64,000 nt of DNA from a virus, in IMG/VR virus record IMGVR_UViG_3300045988_180880, positions 288,001-352,000 of that record, one strand, 5' to 3'. The translations under genes and the position numbers were made by a program. The notes beneath the pieces were generated by a model. The model searched no databases and was not told the origin of the DNA. It saw only the letters and a program-made list of their open reading frames with translations. Of this stretch, positions 44,597 to 52,679 are shown one piece after another. The first letter of the stretch is position 1. Each line of letters starts with the position of its first letter.

Positions 44597-46669
44597 ATGT
44601 CAATACTAAAATTACCTAATATCGTAGTACCAAGAGGTATTAGATATATTTCAGAAATGGATAGTTTATTTAGATTTTATAAACTACCTGTAAAGTGTAT
44701 AATTAATAAGCAACTTCCTGGATGTGGTTTTACAGAATACTGTATTAATGGACCAGAAAATGTTATTCTGTGTAGTCCTAGAAAAATGCTCTTAAAGAAT
44801 AAGAAGGATCAACATGGTAGAGATGTTTATTTGGTTGTAAATGAACTTGAGAAGGAAATAGAGGTTGATAAAGATCTCTCCAAGATAGATAAAATTAGAT
44901 CTCAAGTATTTATGGATACTCTTAAAGAAGTAGTTCATGGAAAGGATACAGTTTATAATAAATTAATGAATGAAATTAAAGATTATCTAAATGAGAGGAA
45001 GTACTTAGGGGATAAGCCCGCTAAGATCTTAGTTACATATGATTCATATAGAATAGTAAAAGATATTCTAAAAAGTCTTGGAATATTTCAGAGTTTCTAT
45101 ACAGTAATAGATGAATTTCAAACTATCCTACATGATTCTAAATTTAAATCAGATACTGAATTAGAATTCTTAGATATTCTTAAGCAATCTCATAGTGCAT
45201 TATTTGTATCAGCTACTCCTATGTTAGAGGAATATCTTAATATGTTAGATGAGTTTGATGGTTTACCTTATATTAATATGGATTGGGGTAAGGAGGATTC
45301 AACACGAATTATTAAACCAAATCTTAAGGTTTTATCTATGAAATCTACTGGATCTAAAGCAGAAGAGATCATAAAAACATATAAAGAGGGTAACTTTGAA
45401 AAATTTATCAAAATGGTTAATGGATATCCTAGGGAAATAATATCAGATGAAGCAGTGCTTTATGTAAACAGTGTGAATCATATTATATCTATCATCAAGA
45501 AATGTGATTTACAACCTGAAGAAGTAAATATCCTCTGTTCTAATACTCCTGAGAATCTAAAAAGAATACAAAAGAAATTAGGAAAGAAGTTTGTAATAGG
45601 GGAAGTTCCATTGAAAGGAGTAAAATCTAAAATGTTTACATTTTGTACAAGAACGGTTTACCTAGGCGCGGATTTCTATAGTTTATGTGCTAGATCTTTT
45701 ATCTTTAGTGATAGTAATATAGATAGTCTAGCCGTAGATATCTCAGAAGACTTGCCTCAGATATTAGGACGTCAGAGATTGTTTGATAATCCTTGGAAAA
45801 ATAATGCAATATTTTATTATAGACCTACATGTGACTATAGAAAGGTTAGTCAAGAGGAATTTGATAGAGAGATTGAGAGAAAGAAAAAAGCTACTAATGA
45901 TTTACTACTGTCATATAGTTCAACTCCTGATGAGGCAAAATTAACGTTGGCTGAGAGATATCAAAAAATGGCAAAGTCATTTAATTATAAAGATGACTAT
46001 GTAGCAGTAAATGAACACTCCAGGTCTACTCTAATTCCTGTTATTAATAACCTAGTTCTGGTAAATGAAATTAGAGCCTTCAGGATACAACAATATGACT
46101 ATAAGGATAGATTTACAGTATTTAGTTCAGTACATAATACACTAGATACAAATGATCTAATAAATCGAGAGGTTTCTGAATTTTTAAGTATGTATCAAGA
46201 ATTAAAAACATACTATGATAAAATAAAATTACTATGTGAATATAACTTATCTGAGCAGGGGGTTAGAATAATATTAGATCAGTTAGGAGGAGATGAGATA
46301 GCATCTCACTATATAGCATTGGGTCCTGATAGATTAAGGAAACTTTATTATAATAAAACTAACATTAAGAAGGAACTAGGTATAGTAACCTTCAGTAGGG
46401 AACTCTTAGTTAATACAGTTCTCTCCAAGTTTTCTATTGGAGATAGAATAGGTCAAGCAAGGATAAAAGAAATTCTTAAAAGTCTATATAATTCTATTGG
46501 ATATTCTGCTATTCCAAAGGCTACTGATTTGGAAGAATTCTTTAATATAAAAAGAGCAAAAGTTAGTGAAGTTCTTTTAGATGGTACAAAAAAAAGAATA
46601 GATGCATTAGAGATAATAGGAGTTAAGCCAGAGTATCAAGGAATATATAATAACCTGAAAAAACAATAA
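44597..46669 (+). CDS. Superfamily-2 (DEAD/DEAH-like) helicase
   Basis: Motif I-like LPGCGFTE, motif II VIDEFQ, motif III FVSATP, motif VI QILGRQR. Confidence 0.55.
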   Translation: MSILKLPNIVVPRGIRYISEMDSLFRFYKLPVKCIINKQLPGCGFTEYCINGPENVILCSPRKMLLKNKKDQHGRDVYLVVNELEKEIEVDKDLSKIDKIRSQVFMDTLKEVVHGKDTVYNKLMNEIKDYLNERKYLGDKPAKILVTYDSYRIVKDILKSLGIFQSFYTVIDEFQTILHDSKFKSDTELEFLDILKQSHSALFVSATPMLEEYLNMLDEFDGLPYINMDWGKEDSTRIIKPNLKVLSMKSTGSKAEEIIKTYKEGNFEKFIKMVNGYPREIISDEAVLYVNSVNHIISIIKKCDLQPEEVNILCSNTPENLKRIQKKLGKKFVIGEVPLKGVKSKMFTFCTRTVYLGADFYSLCARSFIFSDSNIDSLAVDISEDLPQILGRQRLFDNPWKNNAIFYYRPTCDYRKVSQEEFDREIERKKKATNDLLLSYSSTPDEAKLTLAERYQKMAKSFNYKDDYVAVNEHSRSTLIPVINNLVLVNEIRAFRIQQYDYKDRFTVFSSVHNTLDTNDLINREVSEFLSMYQELKTYYDKIKLLCEYNLSEQGVRIILDQLGGDEIASHYIALGPDRLRKLYYNKTNIKKELGIVTFSRELLVNTVLSKFSIGDRIGQARIKEILKSLYNSIGYSAIPKATDLEEFFNIKRAKVSEVLLDGTKKRIDALEIIGVKPEYQGIYNNLKKQ

Positions 46670-46776
46670 AACAATATTTTATGAGGTAAGTGTTCGATCT
46701 TACCTGAGACATAATAATTCTCATTCGCCAGTAAAGGTGAGTGGGAATTTTATTTTGAATAAAATTAGTACAAGAT

Positions 46777-47646
46777 ATGATAATAAAACGTAAACTAATT
46801 TTTGATAGTCCTGAACAAAGAGAGTTTGGGATTCCTTGGAAAAAGTATGCGAAATATGGAATGAGGTCTGTTAAAGACCACGGGTTAAGAAAAGGAATAA
46901 GAAAACTTCGATTTAAGATTTCTGATGATATTGATAAATCAATTAAAGCAAATGAAAAGGCTCATAAGGCTCTTGATGAATATACTAATAATACTGAATT
47001 TCCCAAACGATCAGAAGTAATGGAAGCTTTAGGTCAAGAAGCAAAGAAAAGAGGAATAGTTGTAATAAAAGGTAAAAAAGAATATAAACAGATATTGAAA
47101 GGTGGAGAAAAAATAAAACGCTCTTCTTATGATAGAAGTGAACCTTGGGCAGTTCCTAAAGAATATATAAAAAAGAAAGATATAATTAAGTATACTAAAT
47201 CTAATTTTCCAGAGGATAGAGAACTTGGAAAAGCATTATCTAAAGGAAAAGCTGTAATAAATCAAAAAGGAAGTCAGGCAGTACTTGCTCATGATATTGG
47301 ACATATTATGAATCGAAGTAAGACAAAAACAGGGATTGTATCTAAAGTAAATGATGTAACAAAATCGATTTATCAAGATAGTAGAAATAAAAAGGGATTA
47401 GGAAATTATTTACTAACTTCTGCAACAGGAAAGATTTTATTAAAAGAAGAAAAGAATGCTACTAAAAATGCAATGAGTCTTTTAAAATCAGCTAATGCAA
47501 CTCCAAATGAAATGATTGCAGCCAGAAAAGAATTAGGAGCAGATTTTGGAACATATATGCATGGTTATAAAGCAAGTAAGGGAAGAATATTAAAGGGAGT
47601 AGTAAAACCGAATAGAATAAAGAAGAAAAATAAAAAGAGACGTTAG
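46777..47646 (+). CDS. Leader-tagged (MIIKRKLIF..QREFG) HExxH-family protein with HDxxH variant
   Basis: VLAHDIGHIMN and EEKNATKNAMSLLKSANATPNE are homologous to the 40531/52678 family. The catalytic Glu is replaced by Asp. Confidence 0.5.
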   Translation: MIIKRKLIFDSPEQREFGIPWKKYAKYGMRSVKDHGLRKGIRKLRFKISDDIDKSIKANEKAHKALDEYTNNTEFPKRSEVMEALGQEAKKRGIVVIKGKKEYKQILKGGEKIKRSSYDRSEPWAVPKEYIKKKDIIKYTKSNFPEDRELGKALSKGKAVINQKGSQAVLAHDIGHIMNRSKTKTGIVSKVNDVTKSIYQDSRNKKGLGNYLLTSATGKILLKEEKNATKNAMSLLKSANATPNEMIAARKELGADFGTYMHGYKASKGRILKGVVKPNRIKKKNKKRR

Positions 47647-47966
47647 GCCTCTTTTTCTTGAATTTTAGAAATTAAACTATTAATATATTTTTCAGCTAAT
47701 TCTTTTGTCTTAAATTTATTATTGAAAGATCCAATAATATAATATTTCTCTGGATCTTCTAGATTTATATTATATAATAGTTTAAAAGTTTCTAAATCTT
47801 CTTTCTTAATATTTAATATTTTCATATCTTTAGGAACATCGTATTCTTCTTTAGATACTTGAATTAATGTAATAAACGAAATCCCTTGTTCAAAAACTTT
47901 AGCTGTAGTGAACATTTTAGATATCTGTTTATTAGGTTTTACAATTTTAATAATATCTTTTTTCAT
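47643..47966 (-). CDS. Small protein convergent with, and overlapping by 4 nt, the HDxxH gene
   Basis: ORF track, 107 aa. The conserved motif lies 18 nt upstream of its ATG. Confidence 0.55.
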   Translation of the reverse strand: MKKDIIKIVKPNKQISKMFTTAKVFEQGISFITLIQVSKEEYDVPKDMKILNIKKEDLETFKLLYNINLEDPEKYYIIGSFNNKFKTKELAEKYINSLISKIQEKEA

Positions 47967-47984
47967 ATTCTTATATATTTATCA

Positions 47985-48003
47985 TTACATATATAAGGCT
48001 TTT
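47985..48003 (-). promoter_or_regulatory. Conserved motif TTACATATATAAGGCTTTT
   Basis: One of 7 copies. Confidence 0.55.
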
Positions 48004-48057
48004 AGTTTATTATATTCCGTTCTTTATTTATGATCGGAAAAGTAAAAAATCATATTC

Positions 48058-48100
48058 TCTAAAGGGGGGGGGTATGAAGTTTAATATTCCCCTTAAATAG
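48058..48100 (+). promoter_or_regulatory. G9-tract element with 8-codon uORF (MKFNIPLK*)
   Basis: G9 at 48064-48072, then T-ATGAAGTTTAATATTCCCCTTAAATAG. The main ATG follows 12 nt later. Confidence 0.5.
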
Positions 48101-48112
48101 TATATAAATAGT

Positions 48113-49057
48113 ATGATAATAAAAAGAAAATTATTCTCTAAGAAATTAACAGCCGAAGAGAGAAAACAGAGAGCTGCAGATCAGATTGATAAAACTCGTA
48201 AAGGAGTATCTACTGCGCATGGAATTTTAGCTGGTGGTACTGTAGCTGGGGTAGGTCTTTTAGGTTCTGATATTGCCAGAAATGAAGCTATGTATAAAGT
48301 AACTAAACAAACTAATAAACATGTAGATAAAATTAGCGAAAATTATGGTAATAAACTAGATAAGATAAGAAATACTGGAGATAAAGTTCGAGAATTGGCT
48401 AAGAAGAGATTGAAGAAAACTGGAAATCCTATAAAAGATCTTGCTAATGAACTTGATATTGATAGAAAGGTTGATTATGTCGAAAATGTCTATAAAACAG
48501 GAGCTGGAGAAGAATATAATGCTAAAATCGAAACTCTTAAAAAAGCTTCTAATAGATTAAAGGATAGAATTTCAAAGAAAGCTTCAAAGAGAAATAAGAA
48601 GATCTTGGTAGGAGCAGCTTTATTAGGAACAGCGGCGGGATTAGCTTCAAACCATTCAATGAAGAAACGTGCAGAAAAACTTAGAGAGAATAAATTTTCT
48701 AAGGCTGATAATGATTTAGATGAAGAAACATATCTTGGGATGTCAGAAGAATTTGATGATTCTAAATTCTCTCGAAAGTCAGATAAATGGCTTAAAGAAA
48801 GAGCTAGATATAATGAAGGTTTGACTGATAGAGAGAAAAAGAATATAAAGAAGACTGCTGCTAAAGCGATGATAGGTTTAGGTGTGACAGGAGCTTCAAT
48901 TGGATTAGCTAAGAAATTATCTTTAAAAAGAGGTTTAATAGGAGCTGGAATCGGTGCTGCTACAGGTGCCGGAATTGCTGCAGCTGCACATCTTCATCAT
49001 AAATCAGAAGCAAGAAAGGCTCGTAAAGAATTAGAGCGTAGAGAAAAAGAAGATTAA
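48113..49057 (+). CDS. Leader-tagged (MIIKRKLFS) coiled-coil protein with Gly/Ala-rich hydrophobic segments
   Basis: ORF track, 314 aa; contains ILAGGTVAGVGLLG and GLIGAGIGAATGAGIAAAA. Confidence 0.55.
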   Translation: MIIKRKLFSKKLTAEERKQRAADQIDKTRKGVSTAHGILAGGTVAGVGLLGSDIARNEAMYKVTKQTNKHVDKISENYGNKLDKIRNTGDKVRELAKKRLKKTGNPIKDLANELDIDRKVDYVENVYKTGAGEEYNAKIETLKKASNRLKDRISKKASKRNKKILVGAALLGTAAGLASNHSMKKRAEKLRENKFSKADNDLDEETYLGMSEEFDDSKFSRKSDKWLKERARYNEGLTDREKKNIKKTAAKAMIGLGVTGASIGLAKKLSLKRGLIGAGIGAATGAGIAAAAHLHHKSEARKARKELERREKED

Positions 49058-49085
49058 TTAATAAAAAAATGAGAGTTTAACGATT

Positions 49086-49847
49086 ATGAATATTTTAACA
49101 TCACAATTACCATCAGGAGGATATGGATATAAATTCCCAAGTGTTAAGGTTAGTCCTATGACATTCTTAGAGATAACGAGATATCTTGAGAATCTTCCTT
49201 CTGATGATCCACTAGAAAAATACTTATATGATATCAACTTACTTATCCAGGAAGATGAAACTATCCTAGATTGTTATTTAATGGATGTAGATTTCTTGAT
49301 ATTTTATAAAAAGCTTTGTACGGTTTCTGGAGAATTATCTTATGAAATTGAGGTAACATGTCCAGAATGTGGAAAGAAAATGAAAAAAACTATATCCTTC
49401 GAGAAAGATATACACTTTAAACAGATCGATCAAAAGATTATGAATGGTGCTTTTATTGAACTCGGTGGACATAGATACGAGACTATAGTTCCGACAGTTA
49501 GAGAATTTATGAAGGTTTTTCAAACTTACCTTAGATATCGAACTGTAACTGATCTTAAGATGATTAAAACTATAGCACTGATTAAAGATTTTGATTATCA
49601 GGGAACACAGATTGAAAAAGATGTCCTTGGGGCTACTCACTCTGATGTTACACTTCTCTTAGCTTTACGTGACTTATATTATGATCGTCTTGAGCCAGTT
49701 CAATTGTTTTGTTCAGAATGTAATAAAGGTAAAAAACCGAAGGAAAGGAGGAGTGTGGCAGTAAGTGTAGAATCTCTTACTGTCGACTTCTTTCGAGACA
49801 TCTGTAACAATTCCCCAATTGATGGATCTAAAATTTTATTTAAATAA
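49086..49847 (+). CDS. Zn-ribbon protein, possible baseplate-hub/tail-assembly factor
   Basis: N-terminal QLPSGGYGYKFP, and CPECGK...CSECNK. The functional guess relies on a remembered T4 gp26/gp51-type motif only. Confidence 0.3.
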   Translation: MNILTSQLPSGGYGYKFPSVKVSPMTFLEITRYLENLPSDDPLEKYLYDINLLIQEDETILDCYLMDVDFLIFYKKLCTVSGELSYEIEVTCPECGKKMKKTISFEKDIHFKQIDQKIMNGAFIELGGHRYETIVPTVREFMKVFQTYLRYRTVTDLKMIKTIALIKDFDYQGTQIEKDVLGATHSDVTLLLALRDLYYDRLEPVQLFCSECNKGKKPKERRSVAVSVESLTVDFFRDICNNSPIDGSKILFK

Positions 49848-50103
49848 ATTTCTTAAGGCAGATGGAATAGAGAATTATACATTGAGTTCTCTTAAAGCTC
49901 TTAGGGAATGTTATGAGAATTTTCTTGATACTACTGAAGGAACTGATCCAGACTTCCCATTACTTAATTTTGGTGGTAAGAAGGGACAGAGGCTTAAGGG
50001 TATATCAGCAGCACAGCGCCAAGCCTACTATGAATCTGAAGCTGAGAGAAAAGAAATGATGGGTGAGGGAGGAATAATAAATGTAAACATTTTAGACTTA
50101 TGA
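49822..50103 (+). CDS. Hypothetical protein overlapping the 3' end of 49086..49847 in the +1 frame
   Basis: ORF track (ATG at 49822). Its stop overlaps the next ATG (ATGA). Confidence 0.4.
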   Translation: MDLKFYLNKFLKADGIENYTLSSLKALRECYENFLDTTEGTDPDFPLLNFGGKKGQRLKGISAAQRQAYYESEAERKEMMGEGGIINVNILDL

Positions 50104-50887
50104 TTATAAAACGTAAATTATTTAGTCAGAAAAAAAAGAATCTGATGACAAACTTAAGAGGGCCGCATCAATAGCCGGAGGAGCGGTAGTTACTAAAGAA
50201 GGATTGAATATACTAGATAATGTACATCAATCTGGAGAAGTATCTGGTAGGGTTAGATTATATCATGGAACTACTAAGAAAAATAAGAAGAAAATACTAG
50301 AAGAAGGTTTGAAAGGTGAAAAAGCTCTTACTAGTGATGCTATTACTAATTAAAGAATAGGTGATGTTGGTAAAAAGTTTGGGAAGAAGATAGTATATAC
50401 TGGAAAAAAGAGAGCGCCAGCGATTGACATGATAGTATCTCACGCAATGAATGCTGAAACACCTTCTATGGTTAGGATGTCAATTCCCTACAAAGAGTAT
50501 CAGAACATGAGGTCTAGGAGAGTATATGAGAATCCTGAATTTACTATCGCTCACAATGCAAAAACTAAAAAAGAGTTTGCTGAGGATATGAAGAATAATA
50601 TATTTCATCCAATGACTAAGAGAGAAGCTAATAAATATTATGATAAGTTTTCTGGTGCTAAAGGAACTTCTGGAACAAGAATTTTTGAAGGTGATATTGA
50701 ATCTAAATATATAAAAGGAGGAAAAGGTTATCAAAAAAATTCTATCAAAGAGGTTGGAAAATATATTAAAAAGAATCCTAAACGTTTTGCTAAGGGTCTT
50801 GGAAAAGCTTCTCTTGGTGCTGGATTAATTGCAGGAGGAGCGGCATTAGCTATCAAAGGTGGAAAAAAGAAAGATAATACTGAATAA
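50100..50887 (+). pseudogene. Leader-tagged ART-fold paralog, disrupted (A_AAA_AAG shift site plus in-frame TAA at 50351)
   Basis: MIIKRKLFSQKKK, then the -1 frame reads ESDDKLK..GRVRLYHGTTKKNKKKILEEGLKG..AITN*, then in the same frame RIGDVGKKFGKKIVYTG.. which continues into ORF-track 50429..50887. Confidence 0.55.
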
Positions 50888-50917
50888 ATTAATCTATAAT
50901 AAAAACTTCTATCTTCC

Positions 50918-50965
50918 TGTAAACGGGGGGGGGTATGAAGTTTAATAATTCCCCTATATAATATT
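50918..50965 (+). promoter_or_regulatory. G9-tract element with 8-codon uORF (MKFNNSPI*)
   Basis: G9 at 50925-50933, then T-ATGAAGTTTAATAATTCCCCTATATAA. The main ATG follows 6 nt later. Confidence 0.5.
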
Positions 50966-50967
50966 TT

Positions 50968-51897
50968 ATGATTATTAAGAGAAAATTATTTTCTAAAAAA
51001 GAAGATAATAAGAAATTAAAAGAAGGAGTAGGATTATCTTCTATTATAGGAGGTGGATATTTAATTTCTAAATCAAATAATAAAGGAGATTTAACAGGAA
51101 GGCATAAATTCTATCATTCAACTGAAAAGAAGAATGTTAAATCTATTTTAGAAAGTGGTCTTAAAGGTTCTAAAGCATTAGAGGATGGAAACTTTACAAA
51201 TTCATTTCTTCATGGTGCCGGAAAAGATGATGGAAGGGAGTTAGTATATTTAGCAAAAAATAAAAAATCAGCTAGGAATGTTTCGGATGCTAGGATTGAA
51301 GCTGGTAGAGGAAAATCAAAGACTCTAAAAGTAGAAATACCACATGAAGACTATAAAAAAATGAAAATAGCTAATGGAAATCCAGAACTAGAAGGAGCCA
51401 AAACATATAAAGAATTTCTAAATAATAGAAGTTATAGAGAGGATAATAAATATAATAGATCTCTTTGGAAAGATTTAGGAGGAGATAGGAATTCTAACAC
51501 TAGAATGATTGAAGGAAATATAGATTCTAAACATATCGTTGGTGGGAAAGGATATAAAAAATTAAGTACTAAAGAGTTAAGAGGTTATATCAAGAAAAAT
51601 CCCAAAAAATTTTTAAGAGGGGCTGGAAAATTATCTTTAGGTGTCTCCGGAGTTTATATAGGAGGAAAATTACTTCGGAATAATGCAGAAAATTCTAAAT
51701 CTAACAGTATCGATAATTCAGAAAAAATTTTAGTAAGTGCTGGAGCAATTGGATCTGGAATTAAAACTGCTAGGACTGAATTAAAGAAAGTTAAACAAAA
51801 TGATGTTATTGGTAGATCTAAAATTGACCAATTTTCTTCTGGATCTTTCAGAAAAAAAGCAAAAATCGTAAAAGATCTTGTTAAAAAGAAGGAGTAA
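50968..51897 (+). CDS. Leader-tagged (MIIKRKLFS) ADP-ribosyltransferase-fold candidate (H-Y-E, Tpt1/DarT/PARP-like); possible -1 extension to 52109
   Basis: RHKFYHSTEKKNVKSILESGLKG (H-x-[ST]...I..GL), RELVYLAKN (Tyr) and TRMIEGNI (Glu). T_AAA_AAG at 51882-51888 opens a 74-codon -1 frame that has no ATG of its own near its start. Confidence 0.4.
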   Translation: MIIKRKLFSKKEDNKKLKEGVGLSSIIGGGYLISKSNNKGDLTGRHKFYHSTEKKNVKSILESGLKGSKALEDGNFTNSFLHGAGKDDGRELVYLAKNKKSARNVSDARIEAGRGKSKTLKVEIPHEDYKKMKIANGNPELEGAKTYKEFLNNRSYREDNKYNRSLWKDLGGDRNSNTRMIEGNIDSKHIVGGKGYKKLSTKELRGYIKKNPKKFLRGAGKLSLGVSGVYIGGKLLRNNAENSKSNSIDNSEKILVSAGAIGSGIKTARTELKKVKQNDVIGRSKIDQFSSGSFRKKAKIVKDLVKKKE

Positions 51898-52111
51898 GTA
51901 ACTTTGATGATATTTATAAGAGAGCGGGAGAAGCTGTAGAAAATGATATTAATATTGAAAGAAAAGCACAAGAGAAAGGAATGAATATATTAAAAAAAGC
52001 AAAGAAATTAGGAAAACAGAAATCTATAGCAAAAGGAGCTTTAGTAACTTCTTCCTTATTAGGTGCTTATGCTGGATATAGAAAATATAGAAAAGATAGG
52101 GAGGAATAATT

Positions 52112-52594
52112 ATGAGAGTATTAAGACAAAAAGTATTTTCTTTACTAACTGAACGAATTAGAGAAGAATACTTAATAAAACCTGGAGATTTCGATAAATT
52201 TCCAAAAATCGTTCAAAATTATTACTTACAGGGAATTAATAAGGATTTTTATGATTTAATTAATCTCCAAGGATGTCATGGATTTAATCCATTTCCAACT
52301 CCAATATTAGATAAAAAACCTAATAAAGATGGATATATTCCTTTATTTGCAGAAAATCAAGATTATGCTGACTTAGATAATCCTACAGTTTACTATAAAG
52401 ATGGAGTATTATTCAAGAAGACTGGGATATTTTTCAAAAAGATAGTTCCTATGAGTGACTTGAAATTTAAGAGTTTTCTTCTCAATAGTATGATTAATGA
52501 AGATGATTTAGGTCAGGAGTGGAAACAACATCCTAATGGAAATAGGATAATAGCTCTTGAAGAAAAGATGGAGAGGAAAATTAATAGATTATAG
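52112..52594 (+). CDS. Leader-variant (MRVLRQKVFS) hypothetical protein
   Basis: ORF track, 160 aa. Confidence 0.5.
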   Translation: MRVLRQKVFSLLTERIREEYLIKPGDFDKFPKIVQNYYLQGINKDFYDLINLQGCHGFNPFPTPILDKKPNKDGYIPLFAENQDYADLDNPTVYYKDGVLFKKTGIFFKKIVPMSDLKFKSFLLNSMINEDDLGQEWKQHPNGNRIIALEEKMERKINRL

Positions 52595-52620
52595 AAAATT
52601 AATCCTCCTTAAAAACATAC

Positions 52621-52679
52621 AATCCTGGGAAAGTTTGGGATATAACTGCCCAGGAACTAAATTAAAAATAAAGAGCTAT
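52621..52679 (+). repeat. Repeat with hairpin CCTGGG..CCCAGG (copy 2), 5' flank of 52678 gene
   Basis: Nearly identical to 43345-43406. Confidence 0.7.

Noticed and set aside
50351-50353. An in-frame TAA inside the ART-like paralog might indicate stop-codon reassignment, as in some gut phages.
   Set aside because: TAA, TAG and TGA all terminate long, well-behaved ORFs throughout the window. This is a single case in a gene with a second defect, so pseudogenisation is the simpler reading.
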